Source: Ylistrum balloti (taxonomy: Eukaryota). Taken from it: DNA of 64,000 nt. The translations under genes and the position numbers were made by a program. Shown here piece after piece: positions 62,273 to 64,000 of this stretch (the first letter of the stretch is position 1; the number at the start of each line of letters is the position of its first letter). The notes under the pieces are model-generated. The model saw only the letters and a program-made list of their open reading frames with translations. It searched no databases and was not told the DNA's origin. The stretch is from contig NW_026783060.1 in the NCBI RefSeq assembly GCF_031769215.1, forward strand, positions 1 to 64,000, read 5' to 3'.

Positions 62273-62299
62273 CAATTGTTAAAACTATTTCAGATTCCA

Positions 62300-64000
62300 G
62301 ATTTTATTTCTCACTCAGACATACATGATATGTTACAAGAGGTCGATATTAATAGTAATTCTTGACATGGCGGACAAGTATCCTGAAACAATTAAATATG
62401 TACATTTAGATGTTTTTTTCAAGTTTTTAAAAGAAATTTGCTTACATTAGATAAAATTTTGATGTTACAAATTGATAATAATTAATGCATTTTACTAAGA
62501 CTAGGATTCACACAATGATAATTTGAAATAGATTTATCTCTAATTCCTTTCATCGATGCATGCTCACATTCAAACAAACAATGAAATTCATCACCAATAT
62601 TATTTCTACAACATAGATTACAAGTTCTGCTCTCCTTAGGCATTCCGATCCATCTACCAGTTTCCACGGGTAGATTTGTATTTGACGTTCTCGAAATTTC
62701 ACTTCATTATAGATTATGTATTTCCAGGAGAGGAATTTTCAATATCATTAAACATTTTTGAATAAACTAATCTTGTAATCTTTGCTTTACAGCAAACTGC
62801 ATATAATCTCGCTTAAATGTACATGTTTTTTGATAATCCCAGAGTAAATCTACACAAGTTTCTATCAATATTTTGCGTAGGTTATTTAACCAGTTGAATT
62901 TCATATTACTACTTATTTGTAAATTGTACATCAAATTTTACATAATGCTGGACAAATTATTACATGTTATTAACTTATGTCAATACACAATTATTCTACT
63001 TTTAACTTCAGTAGACAAAGGAAATCTGCCAATCTCTCCTTAGATCATAAAATTTGACGTGCTTTTTCTACCATCTGAAATTCGTTTACAAAATTGCAAA
63101 TGGAGTTTCTCTATAGAGCTCAAATTTTCAAAAAGCCCCATACCTCTACTGCATAAGGAAGTATAGGTACTACTAGTGAATCAAATACTTTAAATTGAAG
63201 GTCAACAGGTAATGGAATATTTCTGATTTTCTTATAAACTGCAAACATAGCTTTTTTACACTGTTCTATTAATCGTGTTCTAGCTTTAAAATAATTTCCG
63301 TTATAAATTACTAAAACACCAAGATAAGAATATATCTCAAGAATTTCTATCCTTTCATTGAAAATATTAAAATGAAATGGTTTTCGACATTTTCCTTTGG
63401 CAAAAATAACAATTTATGTTTTATTGGTATTAACACCAAGTTTCCAGTTTTTAAAATATTCTTAAAATGCGTCAAGAACAGACTGCAATCCTTCGGCTGT
63501 CTCGGACATAATAATACCGTCATCTGTTTATTCCGATATCTTTACCAAAATTTTCTGACGTTTGAAAACAGTTACATTGTTTTCTTGCAAGAAATCTTCT
63601 AGATCATTAAGGAAGATTGAACATATAAATGGTGATAAATTTCCCCCTTGTTTTATCCCTACATTACAGCTCAATAATTCTAATATTTCATTTTTGACAC
63701 AAGATTTTGTACTATCATATAAATTAAATATTGCTCTGAAAATCTTTCCTGTTATACTACTTTTTTGTACTTTTCTCCATAGACCAACTCTCCAAACGGA
63801 GTCCAACGCCTTTCGAAAATCTATAAATGAGCAAAACAATTTCTTTCCAAGCGAAAAATATATAGAAGTTAAGGCATGTAGAATGGAGATATTATCATTG
63901 GTAGAATGATTCCTACTAAACCTAGAACAAGTGATAAGATTAACTTCATCAGACAAATTGTTTAATCTCTTATTAAGTATTGATGTATAAACTTTAACAT
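62300..64000 (-). mobile_element. Decayed LINE RT (L2/CR1 group) with C-terminal Zn-finger, truncated by the window edge
   Basis: FCSFIDFRKALDSVWRVGLW, GIKQGGNLSP, TDDGII (YADD region), IETGRW..RTCNLC..IGDEFHCLFEC. Confidence 0.88.

Overview
Eukaryotic, AT-rich, repeat-rich invertebrate DNA (mollusc/bivalve-like by repeat and gene content; inference). Bases <1 to ~13,986 are the right-hand ~14 kb of an endogenous Polinton/Maverick (adintovirus-like) element whose left end lies outside the window. It encodes protein-primed PolB, adenain-like protease, major and minor capsid proteins, packaging ATPase, integrase, a parvovirus-type PLA2, a GasderminX-like protein, pX-like and pVI-like core proteins, and several small ORFs. 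PolB, both capsids and the integrase are open. The protease, ATPase, PLA2, pVI-like gene and one unknown gene carry 1-2 small lesions each. Most notable: three small ORFs share one N-terminal module, MP[IV]HKFG-x(3-6)-YN[IL]P, two of them with a near-identical AT-rich upstream sequence. The module is fused to three different, probably trimeric bodies (tail-fibre repeat; coiled coil plus beta-rich head; dead dUTPase fold), suggesting a modular fibre/spike cassette. The rest is host DNA: an 11-exon hexokinase (468 aa, minus strand), a 2-exon family-B/Methuselah-like GPCR (828 aa, plus strand), a possible small membrane-protein gene, four decayed LINEs, tRNA-derived fragments and many minisatellites. 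No CRISPR or rRNA.
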